64,000 nt of DNA from Allocoleopsis franciscana PCC 7113. GTDB taxonomy: Bacteria > Cyanobacteriota > Cyanobacteriia > Cyanobacteriales > Coleofasciculaceae. Location of the stretch: assembly GCF_000317515.1 (NCBI RefSeq), contig NC_019738.1, positions 1,873,623 to 1,937,622 on the forward strand, read 5' to 3'. Both the position numbers and the translations under genes were made by a program. The notes beneath the pieces were generated by a model. It worked only from the letters and a program-made list of their open reading frames with translations. It had not been told where the DNA came from and searched no databases. Below are positions 40,600-51,383 of this stretch, one piece after another. Position 1 is the stretch's first letter, and every line of letters begins with the position of its first letter.

Positions 40600-41235
40600 T
40601 TATACAAGTTCCATCTCGAAAAAACCTAGCGGCCAGTTTAAAAGATACCCATCTGAATTGAATTGAGAGTTTCTTATTGTTACTCCTCCTAGTTTATCGG
40701 ATGGTTCAAATAAAACAATGTTGATTTCATCAGGAGATATTTTACCTTCAGAAACTAATTGTCCTAGGCGATTTACCAATATTTCACTATGGGTTTCAAT
40801 CATTACCTGAATCCGTTGACTTCCCTGCTCTGCAATGGCATAGGCGAGAATTTGGGTATTTTGCACATCTACCACCCAATACTCAGCCACACCCAACTCT
40901 TCATACAGTGCCCGTTTAGTTCCTATATCATCCAGCAACGACGTTTTAGCAACCTCAATAACTAAATTTGGTGCTGGATTCTGATCAAGATTAACAATCC
41001 CCGTACTTGATGGGATAGCCTGAACGCGATCTGCGCTTCGCAGCAGCGCTTCGTTATCGCCAACGTAATAAGACACATCCGGCTGACATTCCCTAACACC
41101 TGGTTTACGAAGAGTAGTGGTGTCTAAACCTCTTAACGGAATACCTTTAATTGCTGCAAACAAATTAACTGCCAGAATAATTACAACATGATCTTGTCCA
41201 TGATCAAAACTAACTGGCAACATCTCAATCCTCAT
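40600..41235 (-). pseudogene. Chimeric ORF: nearly complete Uma2 (DUF820) fused in frame to the C-terminal ~65 aa of an ABC/AAA_15-type ATPase
   Basis: PDVSYY...NLVIEVAKTS...EYWVVDV Uma2 core, then VMIETHSEILVNRL (H-loop THS motif). GC content drops sharply at ~40830. Confidence 0.5.
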
Positions 41236-41535
41236 GTGACCCTTGTAGTAGTAGCCCTTTGCCTTCTCATAAATTGGGTCTTCAATCGTGCGGACATACT
41301 CCTCTCATGAGGCTGTTAACCATATATCTGTGCGGGGTCTGGTTTGTAACTCACTCATGGTCTATATCGGTTGGTAGTTTGGCTTGTAGTTGGCTCATAA
41401 CCACCCTTTTAGCTACCGCTCACCCACATCTTAACGTAGGGGCGATCGCCCTTGGCGCTACGCTGCGCGTAATCGCACACTCTGAATGTGGAGGATGAAC
41501 AGTGAGACTGATAGCGAAGCGCTGCCGCCAAAGGC

Positions 41536-41584
41536 AGATCGCACCCATACCTACATACAGCCAAAACCAACTTACGCGATCGCT
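41536..41584 (+). repeat. Right copy of ~50-bp imperfect direct repeat
   Basis: AGATCGCACCCATACCTACATACAGCCAAAACCAACTTACGCGATCGC. Confidence 0.45.
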
Positions 41585-42333
41585 CCCTCAAAATAAATTC
41601 TAAAGGGTTCAGCGAGAATCCCTAATATTTGATTCAGCTGAGTAATGAAATATTCAGTCAAATCGATTTTGACAACCCGATCTTCTAACCTTATAAATTT
41701 CCAGTTAGTCCCTGTTGAAACTGCACCATACACCACTTGCTGTTCCAGCCCCTTACGAGCATTAAATATTTGAGCAGCAACCATTTGAGCTACACATTGT
41801 CCTAACCCAATGCGGATATCATTATCTTTCGCTTCAACCAAAGTTAAGACAGGCGCAGTCACTAGCGATTGATTGCTTGATGCACTTAAGATAAAATCAC
41901 AGGCTCCCGTTAAACCTTTTGATTCATCAACATTAAACGTATTACCCGAAAAATAACCGATTTTATTCTGAAATATACGTCTTACTTCCAATAAAATCGG
42001 AGTAATAATTAATTCAGATCGAGCTTTTTCTGTACTAATGCTTGCCGCTAAATCTAACGTTTCATCCAGCATTTCCTTAAGCCGTTGAGAAGGTTCAATG
42101 GGTGTCACCTGGCTAAAGAAATGAGGAATATCCTCGACTGTTAAATCGAGGGTAGAAACGGCTTGGTCAATCGTTTTGAAATCACTGTATGACATATTCT
42201 CAGAGTCAGCAGCACTTACAACGCTACCATAACCATTCTGCCAAACCGACATCTTGCACCATGCCCTCAGAATGGAAAATGAAGCTCTGCTCACAAGAAT
42301 TAAACCAGTAATTTTATAAATTGAAGACGCCAA
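41572..42333 (-). CDS. Hypothetical PD-(D/E)xK-like protein
   Basis: CDFIL ... LTLVEAKDND (D...EAK) motif; start codon uncertain. Confidence 0.35.
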   Translation of the reverse strand: MASSIYKITGLILVSRASFSILRAWCKMSVWQNGYGSVVSAADSENMSYSDFKTIDQAVSTLDLTVEDIPHFFSQVTPIEPSQRLKEMLDETLDLAASISTEKARSELIITPILLEVRRIFQNKIGYFSGNTFNVDESKGLTGACDFILSASSNQSLVTAPVLTLVEAKDNDIRIGLGQCVAQMVAAQIFNARKGLEQQVVYGAVSTGTNWKFIRLEDRVVKIDLTEYFITQLNQILGILAEPFRIYFEGAIA

Positions 42334-42410
42334 ATTGAGAGTCGATTACGATCGCCTCCGATACCAGCTTGAGCGATTGCCTCTGCCACTAGCGAAGCCG
42401 ATCGCTCTTA

Positions 42411-42815
42411 CTATCTTTGAGCAGCGATCGCCAGTTTAGCGCCCTTAACTCGACGCAAACGATCCATCACACTCACCACCCGACCATGATCGACTTTTTC
42501 ATCTGCATTGACAATCACCAGTGATTCAGAATTCGTCTCTACCAAAGAGCGTACCGAGTCTTCAAGAGCCTCCAACTGAATCGGTTTACGGTTGAGAGCC
42601 AACACTCCATCTGGCTGAATCGTCACCGTAATTTTGGTACTCGGCTGAGATTTTGCAGTTGAGGCACTGGGTAAATTCACGGGTAACCCTTCCGAACGGG
42701 TTAAATACAGTGTTGAAATAATGAAAAATGCCAGTATCGAGAAAATCACATCAATCATCGGCACAATGTTGATTTCTCCTGGCCTGTCTACCTCATCGGG
42801 AAGCCGCATAGACAT
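42411..42815 (-). CDS. exbD: Biopolymer transport protein ExbD/TolR
   Basis: 134 aa, N-terminal TM, INIVPMIDVIF motif. Confidence 0.8.
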   Translation of the reverse strand: MSMRLPDEVDRPGEINIVPMIDVIFSILAFFIISTLYLTRSEGLPVNLPSASTAKSQPSTKITVTIQPDGVLALNRKPIQLEALEDSVRSLVETNSESLVIVNADEKVDHGRVVSVMDRLRRVKGAKLAIAAQR

Positions 42816-43443
42816 CTCTCCCTTGTTCGTATTGACGACGATAAAGCAGTTCTAACTGACCACCGTACTCCTGAATTAACGCTAGCTGTCGCTGATAAAA
42901 AGAACGGAACATATTGGCGAAAAACAGGGTGAAGATTGCCACAACCAACCCCATCACCGTTGAGACGAGAGCCTCACTAATTCCTCCAGTAACTCCCGTC
43001 GTGCGGCTACCCCCAACATCACCAATCTTCAAGGAAGAAAAAGCCGTCATCAAGCCCAAAATCGTGCCTAAAAGACCCAATAATGGCGAAATTCCAACAA
43101 TCGTATCAAAAACGCTGTTAAAACGCTTTAATGTTGGCAGTTCAGCTTGTGCCGCACTTTCTAAGGCAATGCGAAATTCCTCAGGATTGGGGCGGTCTAG
43201 TTCTAAGGCTTCCAAGAAAATCTTGGCAATGGGCAAGTCAGCATTCTGCTGTAGGTAGTTAATCGCATTTCTTGGGTTCTGTTGGTACATCTTCAGCGCA
43301 TCTCTGACAACTCGACGCTGCCGACGATTCACCCGAAACCAAAACAGCAATCGCTCAGCAATCAGGGCAACAGACGCCAGGGAAAAGACCAAAAGCGGCC
43401 AAGCGACGATTCCACCCGCCTTAAAAAAATTAACAATTGACAT
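42793..43443 (-). CDS. exbB: MotA/TolQ/ExbB proton channel
   Basis: 3 TM helices, GLLGTILGL... motif. Confidence 0.8.
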   Translation of the reverse strand: MSIVNFFKAGGIVAWPLLVFSLASVALIAERLLFWFRVNRRQRRVVRDALKMYQQNPRNAINYLQQNADLPIAKIFLEALELDRPNPEEFRIALESAAQAELPTLKRFNSVFDTIVGISPLLGLLGTILGLMTAFSSLKIGDVGGSRTTGVTGGISEALVSTVMGLVVAIFTLFFANMFRSFYQRQLALIQEYGGQLELLYRRQYEQGRDVYAASR

Positions 43444-43961
43444 AAATTCTCAGAAATGGTATGTCATAAAACCGAGTCAGCGTTGGCGCATCTCTCAACA
43501 AGAAAAAGCTGATAAATACTTTCAATAGAAATATTGCTAATAGTTCTCATTGTCAAGTATTTCGCTGAAAAAAGCCTCGTATCTGGCGAGTGGGAAGACG
43601 TTTTGTTCTCAAAAAAGACGCCTGAAACCACTGTTATATAAAGATTTCGCCCAATTTTTCTTGTAGAACCCAACCGACCTGGATTCAAATTTCTTACTTG
43701 ACATAGGTAGCTAAGTCGTTTTACTTTGTGATGCTTAAATAAAAATAGTTGCAATAAACCATATTTTCTTGAGAAGTCCCTGAAAGTTTCAGCCTAGTAG
43801 AGCGTCAAGGTAGATTTGAGGGGTAATTTAATAAAACTTCTGTCCCCCTTGTCCTCTACCAACCCTTCAATTCAAGGTTGACAGACTACTAGTACAGCGC
43901 GGCGGAAATAACCCACCAGTTCCAAAAGATTAAAAAGCTTGCTGTACAAGCAATATCCCTT

Positions 43962-43989
43962 CTGCCTCCTGCCTCCTGCCTCCTGCCTT
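43962..43989. repeat. CTGCCTC heptamer x3-4
   Basis: ctgcctcctgcctcctgcctcctgcctt upstream of the TonB-dependent receptor gene. Confidence 0.5.
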
Positions 43990-44155
43990 CTTGCACTAGG
44001 GCGCTAGGAATGAACTTTGACAGCGTGTCTTTTGACGTAGATGACAGCCTCAATCAAACTATCTGTAACTTTTTCGAGCCAGCGCTAACTGTATTCCCTG
44101 AGCGTTTGCCTCAAAAGCCAAATTGGGTGGTATGCGTCATTTTCGTTAAAAAAGC

Positions 44156-46354
44156 ATGAAATTGCATCTTCTTGCGCCTAGCCTTTTCCTACTTAGCTGG
44201 ACTATTGCTCCAATCGCTAGGGCACAGACAAATTCCCTGACAACAACCGATATTATCCAGACAGATACAATTGCCAACGCTCAGCCTGAGCCGTTTATGC
44301 TCAAGTCCGCCCCCAAAGCTTTACCGTCAGAAGCGCCCAACTTAGACATTCCTCGACTCAGCGAGTTCGAGCGTATCCCCACTAGCGCTAAGTTGCTCGT
44401 TCAACAGCCCACCGAATCTAAACCCAGTCTCATCCAAACCCCTCAAGACACTCAGCCAAATTCCCCCATTAACGAAACTACACCCGATGCTTCCGAGGCG
44501 GAAGAAGAAATTGAGATTGTTATAACGGGAGAGCAAGATCTTATCCCGCAAACGTCTGCTCCAGAGTACAGAATCACTGAACAAGAAATCCAAAAGCAAG
44601 GCGCTGATAGTGCAGCAGAAGTATTGAGGGGTTTACCCGGATTTGCCATTAATGATGTGGGTTTTGGAGCCGATATTCATACAGGGACTTACTACCGAGG
44701 AGCTTCTATCAATCAGTCCGTTTTCTTAATCAACGGCAGACCTATCGGCACTAATATCAACACATATCATGGTGCGACTGACCTCAATAGCCTTCCAGTT
44801 GGGGCAATTGAACAGGTGGAATTATCCAGTGGTACGAGTTCCACTTTGTACGGTTCAGAAGCCTTTGGGGGAGTGGTCAATATTGTTACAAAACAAGGTC
44901 AAGAAGTTCCCCAACTCAATCTTGGAGTGCAATATGGCTCTTACGAACAGTTGAATTATCGAGCGAGTTATGGCGGTTCCACGGGTTCGTTAAGGTTCAA
45001 CTTCGGCTACGAGCAAAACCAGGCAGATAACCGCTATCGTGTCCCAGTAGGTGCCGCTAATCGTGATTCAGAGGGGCGTTTGTTTAACGGAGACACGGCT
45101 GTTAGCAATTACTTTGGTAATCTCGCGCTCGATTTAAATCCAAGAAATACTGTTAGTTTGGATGCTTACAAAATTACCAGTCGTCGGGGTTTACTTTATT
45201 TCGGTTTCCCCTTGCAAAGAGACCGATTAGACCACGATGCATTCAACATCGGTCTATCTTGGAAAACCTTACTCGGTGGCGGTGATGATTCTATCCTCAG
45301 AACAACACTCGCGTACAACCAAGATTACTTCAACACCTATGGCCCGACTCAAAACATTTATTACCGTACAGGTACGCTGAATTCACAATCTCTTACCGGG
45401 AGAGTAGAACATCAGTGGCAAATCACCCCGAACTACAAGCTGACTTGGGGAGTTGATTTACAAAATCAAATGTTAAAGGGTGAGACGTTGAGTACAGTTC
45501 CCAACCGAATTGCCTTAAATGAAACTGAAAATAGAGATAGGTTTCATACCGCCCTATTTGCTTTAAATACCTGGAAACTTACCGATGCATTCCAGATAGA
45601 TTTGGGACTGAGACAGAACTTTAATAGTGAGTTTGGTAGTTATTTAAATCCTAGTGTAGGAACGCGATGGGCTGTTACTCCATCTGTTGCCGTGCGTGGG
45701 AGTTGGGTTTCCGTTCAACGCAATCCTGGTTTAGACCAGTTGTATGTCTATGACACGGTTCATAATTGGTTGCCCAACCCTGACTTAGAGTCTGAAACGG
45801 GTTCTTCTTGGACAACTGGAATCGATGTTGCGTTTTCTCCCAGTTTGACAGGGCAGTTTACTTACTTTGGTAACCGATTAAATGACCGCATTGCCATCCA
45901 AGCGGGTCGATGGGCAAACATTGGTCTGGTTAATACGAACGGATTTGAGGCGGCACTTCGCTGGCAAATGACTTCTGAGTTTTCCACCTTTTTTAATTAC
46001 ACGTATACGGATGCGAAGATTGAAACTGGCTCGGAGAAGGGATTACAGTTAGCGATGATTCCTTACTCTGTTGCACAACTCGGCATTGGTTATGCCTCGG
46101 CTGGATGGCAGCTCAATTTGTTTGCAAGTTACAACAGTGGTGCCCGTAGAGCCTTTTTTAATAGACCCGATGAGAGTACTACAGATTTTATTTCCTCGTG
46201 GGTGAATTTAGATTTGAGTGCCCGTATTCCTGTCACTCGGAATATAGGCGTCGTCGTCTATTTAGAAAATTTGGCAGATGTAACTTACGAAAAAGCCAAT
46301 CGGATTTATCAGCCGGGTTTGACATTCCGCATCGGTTTACAGAGCAGTTTTTGA
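44156..46354 (+). CDS. TonB-dependent outer-membrane receptor
   Basis: Signal peptide, plug domain (RGLPGFAINDVGFGAD), 22-strand barrel, C-terminal ...TFRIGLQSSF. Confidence 0.85.
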   Translation: MKLHLLAPSLFLLSWTIAPIARAQTNSLTTTDIIQTDTIANAQPEPFMLKSAPKALPSEAPNLDIPRLSEFERIPTSAKLLVQQPTESKPSLIQTPQDTQPNSPINETTPDASEAEEEIEIVITGEQDLIPQTSAPEYRITEQEIQKQGADSAAEVLRGLPGFAINDVGFGADIHTGTYYRGASINQSVFLINGRPIGTNINTYHGATDLNSLPVGAIEQVELSSGTSSTLYGSEAFGGVVNIVTKQGQEVPQLNLGVQYGSYEQLNYRASYGGSTGSLRFNFGYEQNQADNRYRVPVGAANRDSEGRLFNGDTAVSNYFGNLALDLNPRNTVSLDAYKITSRRGLLYFGFPLQRDRLDHDAFNIGLSWKTLLGGGDDSILRTTLAYNQDYFNTYGPTQNIYYRTGTLNSQSLTGRVEHQWQITPNYKLTWGVDLQNQMLKGETLSTVPNRIALNETENRDRFHTALFALNTWKLTDAFQIDLGLRQNFNSEFGSYLNPSVGTRWAVTPSVAVRGSWVSVQRNPGLDQLYVYDTVHNWLPNPDLESETGSSWTTGIDVAFSPSLTGQFTYFGNRLNDRIAIQAGRWANIGLVNTNGFEAALRWQMTSEFSTFFNYTYTDAKIETGSEKGLQLAMIPYSVAQLGIGYASAGWQLNLFASYNSGARRAFFNRPDESTTDFISSWVNLDLSARIPVTRNIGVVVYLENLADVTYEKANRIYQPGLTFRIGLQSSF

Positions 46355-46794
46355 GAGGGAATGGGTAATGGGTGATATAACAAAAGGCGGAAGGCAGAAG
46401 GCGGAAGGGAAAGGATTGGCGGGTCTTGGTTTCAGTATTTGGCGAGAGTCAAGAGTCGCCTTGGCGGCTGCGATAGCAGCTAGATGTTTCGTGACGTTGT
46501 AAACCTCTATTCATCTTCCGCTCTTAGCATAAAATTGCAATTAATCTCAATTACTTAATCTAAGAATTATCAACAATTCCTAGAAGATGGGGATGATTTT
46601 GTCAAGAGGTAAAAGAGTGAAAGCTTTATGGTTCATGGGTTATCGTTGAACGATAGCTCTGCGATCGCCTAATTTTTTCTTGACAACAGCATCTCAGTCA
46701 TTTTATCGTTTAACTCGTTAATGCAACTTATATGCAATAATTTTTAGCGGTTCAGACGGTATGCGTTCTAGTAAGCAGGGAAAGAGTAGAGGGG

Positions 46795-48441
46795 ATGAGC
46801 ATTTCAAACTTCTGCATTGAGCAACGGGAGAGAGAACAACAGGCTCTCAAAAAGTTTCTCGTCTATAGCCTCGCTGGTTCAGCCGTGTTTCACGTAGCAG
46901 CGGCTTTCGGCGTAAGCTGGCTGTGGCAGAGCCAGCCGGAACTTGCCGATGACCCCATTGAAGTCATATTGGTCGAGAACCCAGACACCGAAGAAAAACC
47001 GCTAACCGATACTCCTAAGCCAGAGCCAAAGCTAGTTAAGCCCCCAACGCCACAGCAACCGCTTAAGGCAGAGGCTCCCAAGCCACCGATCCCAGAACCG
47101 ACAATCCCCACGGTTTCTCTAAAACCACAGGCTCAACCCGCGCCCATCGTTCCTGCGGCACCTGAAAAGTCAGTGGTTGAACCCATCCCTCCAATTCCGC
47201 CAGTGCCTCAAAGAGCACAGACTCAACCCGCGCCTCCTGCCCCTGTTGCACCACCCCAAGCACCGAGAGAACCTGAACCCATTGCTTCACCTCCTCCTTC
47301 ACCGATCGCCACTCAGGAACCGGTAACTCCACCAGCCAATAGCCCAACCCAACCACTTCAGGATGACTCGGCAACAAAGCAACCTCAAGAACGTTTGAGC
47401 GAGCCTATTAACCCGGAATCAGATCTCAACCCTATACCACCGGGTTCCGTGGCAGACAATCGCTTGGCACCCCCACCTCTGAGGAATGCCCCCGAACCGC
47501 TGTCAACAGATTCAAATCCCGACAGGCAAATTAGAACACGTTTGGGTGAGAGTTCTTCTGCACCGACAGCACCACCAAAGGAAGACGATTCTAACCCTGG
47601 TTCCGTATCACCCGGCGCTGTAGCAGCCAATCCTTCAGCCCCCCCACGACCGACAGGCAGTTCTCAGGCGCTTCAAAGTTCTTCCCCCGATTCCCGAAAA
47701 TTTAGACAGAGTTTCGGGAGTGAGAGTTCTCCCAGTACCACCTCGCCCGGAGGAGGCGACTCCATCGGCAACCCCATATCACCAGGGGCAGTAGCCGCGA
47801 ATTCCTCAGCACCCCCACGACCCAGTTCAGGCAACAACCGACAAGGAACAGAGAATCCAGGAGGGAACTCAGAGGGTTCTCCAACTGGCTCTGGAAGAGA
47901 CGGATTGCAGTGCATTAGGAAGTGCACACCTGAATCTCCATCCTCACTCAATGGGGAAGAGGGTAGGGTCGGTGTTCAAATTACAGTAGATGGAAGCGGC
48001 AATGTCGTTAATGCCACAATCGCAGAAAACGGCAAGAGCACACAAATGGATCAAGCTGCCATAGCTGCCGCCAATCAAATGAAATTTAAGGCACCCGGAC
48101 GCCGTGTTATCGCTCAACTCAACATTAACTTTGCAAGAGAGGAAGGCACTGAGTTCGAGCGCCAAGCCCGCGAACGTCAAGCCCAGAACGAACGCGAACG
48201 CCAGCAGAGAGAGCAGGAACGTCAAGCACAGCAGCAACAAGAACGCCAAGAACGGGAACGCCAAGCGCAGCTAGAGCGCGAACAGAAAGGGCAACAGGAA
48301 CGGGAAAACCAACAACAGCTAGAGCGCGAACGTCAGGAACAACAGGAGCGCGATCGCCAAGAACGGGAGCGTCAAGAGCAACAAGAACGCGATCGCCAAC
48401 AACAGCAGGAAAACGTACCACTGACTCCACCTAGTCAGTAA
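46795..48441 (+). CDS. tonB: TonB-family energy transducer with long Pro-rich spacer and C-terminal RQ/ER repeat tail
   Basis: N-terminal TM, about 250 aa Pro-rich, TonB_C-like block (EGRVGVQITVDGSGNV...AAIAAANQMKFKAP), then QERERQ repeats. Confidence 0.65.
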   Translation: MSISNFCIEQREREQQALKKFLVYSLAGSAVFHVAAAFGVSWLWQSQPELADDPIEVILVENPDTEEKPLTDTPKPEPKLVKPPTPQQPLKAEAPKPPIPEPTIPTVSLKPQAQPAPIVPAAPEKSVVEPIPPIPPVPQRAQTQPAPPAPVAPPQAPREPEPIASPPPSPIATQEPVTPPANSPTQPLQDDSATKQPQERLSEPINPESDLNPIPPGSVADNRLAPPPLRNAPEPLSTDSNPDRQIRTRLGESSSAPTAPPKEDDSNPGSVSPGAVAANPSAPPRPTGSSQALQSSSPDSRKFRQSFGSESSPSTTSPGGGDSIGNPISPGAVAANSSAPPRPSSGNNRQGTENPGGNSEGSPTGSGRDGLQCIRKCTPESPSSLNGEEGRVGVQITVDGSGNVVNATIAENGKSTQMDQAAIAAANQMKFKAPGRRVIAQLNINFAREEGTEFERQARERQAQNERERQQREQERQAQQQQERQERERQAQLEREQKGQQERENQQQLERERQEQQERDRQERERQEQQERDRQQQQENVPLTPPSQ

Positions 48442-48478
48442 ACCACATCAAAAAGGAGTTGAGAGGTTTCTTCAGCCT

Positions 48479-49132
48479 ATGTTTTGTACAATCAGGCGAT
48501 TGGGAATAACACTATTGATTGCTTCTAGCTTGAATATTGTCAGCTCAAGTCGTCATCCACTGCTGGCAAGAGCGATTGCGCGAAGTTCAACGCAAAAGGC
48601 GATTGCATTTGCTCATCCACAGAAGCACCTCTCAACTGTAACTGCCCAAGTGCCAACAGACTCTGCTCCGACTCGTCCCCAGAACTCACCCAATTCAAAT
48701 CCAACGGCTGGATTGAGGTGTATTAGCGGGTGTGCCCCCCAATATCCAGCGGCACTAGCTGGTGAAGAAGGGAGTGCACGAGTCAGAGTCGTGGTTGATC
48801 GCAACGGCAATGTAGTTGAGGCACAAGTCCTTGGCGGAAGCGCAGTTACCGAGTTTTTGGTAGCTCCAAATGGCAATGTAGTTCCAAAAGATGGGGAAAC
48901 GACCATCTATAGCAAACTGGCTGAAGCAGCTCTTGCCAGTGCAAAACAGATGAAGTTTACACCATTGGCAAACAAAGAGCAGGCGGCAGTAATTGTGAAT
49001 ATTAAATATACGATCGCAGGCACCGATTTTGATCGCCAATTCCGCCAACGTCAGGAACGAGAGCGCCAACAACAACAAGAACGAGAGCGACAAAAACAGC
49101 AAAAAACAGAACCAATCCCTGCAACCGAATAG
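48479..49132 (+). CDS. TonB C-terminal-domain protein (short paralogue)
   Basis: APQYPAALAGEEGSARVRVVVDRNGNV...ASAKQMKFTP; ERERQ tail; N-terminus resembles that of the following MORN protein. Confidence 0.55.
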   Translation: MFCTIRRLGITLLIASSLNIVSSSRHPLLARAIARSSTQKAIAFAHPQKHLSTVTAQVPTDSAPTRPQNSPNSNPTAGLRCISGCAPQYPAALAGEEGSARVRVVVDRNGNVVEAQVLGGSAVTEFLVAPNGNVVPKDGETTIYSKLAEAALASAKQMKFTPLANKEQAAVIVNIKYTIAGTDFDRQFRQRQERERQQQQERERQKQQKTEPIPATE

Positions 49133-49210
49133 TTAAGTTAATACCTTTTCAAGGTTCTTTCTCTATGCTTCTTACAATTCATTGATTTAGAATCTGGCTG
49201 ATTAATACTG

Positions 49211-50296
49211 TTGTTCACAAGGAGGTTTTTTAGATTCATGCTTCGGACAATTGGGCGATTCGGAATAACGCTTTTAATGGCTGCAAGTTTCAATATTGCT
49301 AGCTCACTCAGCAATCCCCAAGAAGCGATCGCAGCTGTCGTTACATTACCCGATGGGGGTCGTTGCGAAGGGGAAATGAGCAATGGTGTCCTCAATGGTA
49401 AAGTCACTTGCAAATATGCCAATGGAGACAGCTACGAAGGCAATTTCACCAACGGCAAGAAGCAAGGTCAAGGTATCTACACTTTTGCCAAGGGAGGTCG
49501 GTACGAAGGAGAGTTCAGCGAGGATAAGCCCAATGGTAAAGGAGTTCGAGCCTATCCAGATGGCGATCGCTATGAAGGAGAATTCAAGGACGGTCAACCT
49601 AACGGAACGGGAATCTACATTCGAGCCGATGGGGGTCGCTACGAGGGACAGTTTACCGATGGCAATCCCAGTGGCAAAGGAACGTTTACCTATGCCAAGG
49701 GCGATCGCTGTTCTGGAGACATTACCGATGGTCAACTCAACGGTAAAGGAGTCTGTGAATACGCTAACAAAAACCGTTATGAGGGAGAACTCAAGAACGG
49801 TCAGCCCAACGGTCAAGGAATCTACACATTTGCTGAGGGGGGTCGCTACCAAGGAACGTTTAGCAACGGTCAATTCGATGGCAAGGGAGTTCGGGAATAC
49901 GCCAATAAGAACCGCTACGAAGGGGAATTTAAAAACGGCAAACCCAGCGGTCAAGGAACCTATACCTTTGCGGATGGGGGTAGTTACAAAGGGGCGTTCA
50001 GCGATGGCAAATTCAGCGGCGCTGGAGTTTACACCTTTGCCAACGGTAACCGTTATGAAGGTCAGTTCACTGACGGTCAGTTTAATGGTACCGGAGTCTA
50101 CACCTTTGCCAATGGCGATCGCTGTGAGGGACAGTTCAGTGCAGGTCAGTTAAACGGTAAAGGTGCCTGCAAATATGCCAATGGGGACAGCTTTGATGGA
50201 GAATTCCGCAATGGTGAGAAGGACAAGGGTGCTTATATCTTCGCAGACGGAACCCGTGTGGAAGGAACTTGGAAAGATGGCAAATTCCAAAATTAG
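49211..50296 (+). CDS. MORN-repeat protein
   Basis: About 13 tandem YEG.F.(D/N)G...G.G repeats. Confidence 0.8.
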   Translation: MFTRRFFRFMLRTIGRFGITLLMAASFNIASSLSNPQEAIAAVVTLPDGGRCEGEMSNGVLNGKVTCKYANGDSYEGNFTNGKKQGQGIYTFAKGGRYEGEFSEDKPNGKGVRAYPDGDRYEGEFKDGQPNGTGIYIRADGGRYEGQFTDGNPSGKGTFTYAKGDRCSGDITDGQLNGKGVCEYANKNRYEGELKNGQPNGQGIYTFAEGGRYQGTFSNGQFDGKGVREYANKNRYEGEFKNGKPSGQGTYTFADGGSYKGAFSDGKFSGAGVYTFANGNRYEGQFTDGQFNGTGVYTFANGDRCEGQFSAGQLNGKGACKYANGDSFDGEFRNGEKDKGAYIFADGTRVEGTWKDGKFQN

Positions 50297-50348
50297 TTTC
50301 CCTCGTTACCCTTCAACCTGGTAAATCCTGAATTGAGGAAAAAAGCGA

Positions 50349-51383
50349 TTGGTCATTGAAACCGCTACGACAAATCGAATATCGAGGAAGCGATCGCATG
50401 TCTTACTGATTTCAGGTTTGTTAGTCAGCCTGTTCGTTTTGCTCATGAGCTTAGTGGCAAGCCTAATTTACGGTGCAGCCGACATTCCCCTGAGTAAGAT
50501 TTCTGCGGCGTTAATCGCGTTTGATGGTTCTACCGACCACCTGATTATTCGTACTGTACGGTTACCGCGATCGCTGATTGCCACACTTGTCGGTGCCGCG
50601 ATCGCAGTAGCGGGTACACTCATGCAAGGAATAACCCGCAACCCCTTAGCTGACCCTGGAATTCTGGGAATTAATGCTGGTGCCGTGATGGCGGTCGTAA
50701 TGACTAGTTTTATCTTCGGCACGTCCTCCCCAAGTGTCTATGCTTGGTCTGCTTTTCTGGGGGCAGGTGTTGCCGCAGGAACAGTCTACTTGCTTGGCTC
50801 TTTGGGTCGTGGAGGACTGACCCCCCTCAATATTACGATCGCAGGTGCGGCTTTAACGGCTTTCCTGTCATCAATCACCACTGGCATTCTCATCCTCAGT
50901 CAAAAAACACTCGATGAAATCCGGTTCTGGCTGGCGGGTTCAGTTGCGGGTAGCGATTTTACGTTGTTTGTGCAAGTACTACCTTACATGGCGATCGGAC
51001 TAATCGTTGCCTTCGTCATCGGTAAACCCATCACGACTTTATCCTTAGGTGACGATGTTGCCAGAGGTTTGGGTCAACGAACCGCCTGGGTAAAAGTGAC
51101 TGCCGCTATTAGTGTAGTTCTACTGGCAGGCAGTGCAGTTGCCGCCGCCGGCCCGATTGGGTTTATTGGTCTAGTCGTTCCCCACATCGTTCGTTTTTTC
51201 GTGGGGTTTGATTATCGTTGGATTCTGCCGTATTCTGCTGTTTTCGGGGCAATTTTACTACTCGTTGCGGATATAGCGGCTCGTTTACTGCTTAAACCCC
51301 AGGAACTCCCGGTTGGAGTCATGACAGCTTTATTAGGCACCCCTTTCTTTATCTACCTTGCTCGGTGGAAGGTGAAGCGATGA
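50349..51383 (+). CDS. Iron-chelate ABC transporter permease (FecCD family)
   Basis: FecCD motifs LGINAGA, G..GFIGLV.PH. Confidence 0.8.
   Translation: MVIETATTNRISRKRSHVLLISGLLVSLFVLLMSLVASLIYGAADIPLSKISAALIAFDGSTDHLIIRTVRLPRSLIATLVGAAIAVAGTLMQGITRNPLADPGILGINAGAVMAVVMTSFIFGTSSPSVYAWSAFLGAGVAAGTVYLLGSLGRGGLTPLNITIAGAALTAFLSSITTGILILSQKTLDEIRFWLAGSVAGSDFTLFVQVLPYMAIGLIVAFVIGKPITTLSLGDDVARGLGQRTAWVKVTAAISVVLLAGSAVAAAGPIGFIGLVVPHIVRFFVGFDYRWILPYSAVFGAILLLVADIAARLLLKPQELPVGVMTALLGTPFFIYLARWKVKR

Noticed and set aside
41259-41498. 79-aa ORF in the island spacer
   Set aside because: Hydrophobic low-complexity translation with no start context. The segment is more likely a non-coding remnant between the chimeric gene and the right direct repeat.
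46890-48430. Multiple antisense ORFs across tonB
   Set aside because: Generated by the GC-rich Pro codon repeats (CCN/NGG) of the TonB spacer.
49346-50153. 202-aa minus-strand and 256-aa plus-strand ORFs overlapping the MORN gene
   Set aside because: Periodic MORN repeat DNA keeps alternative frames open. The MORN frame has the clear repeat signature.
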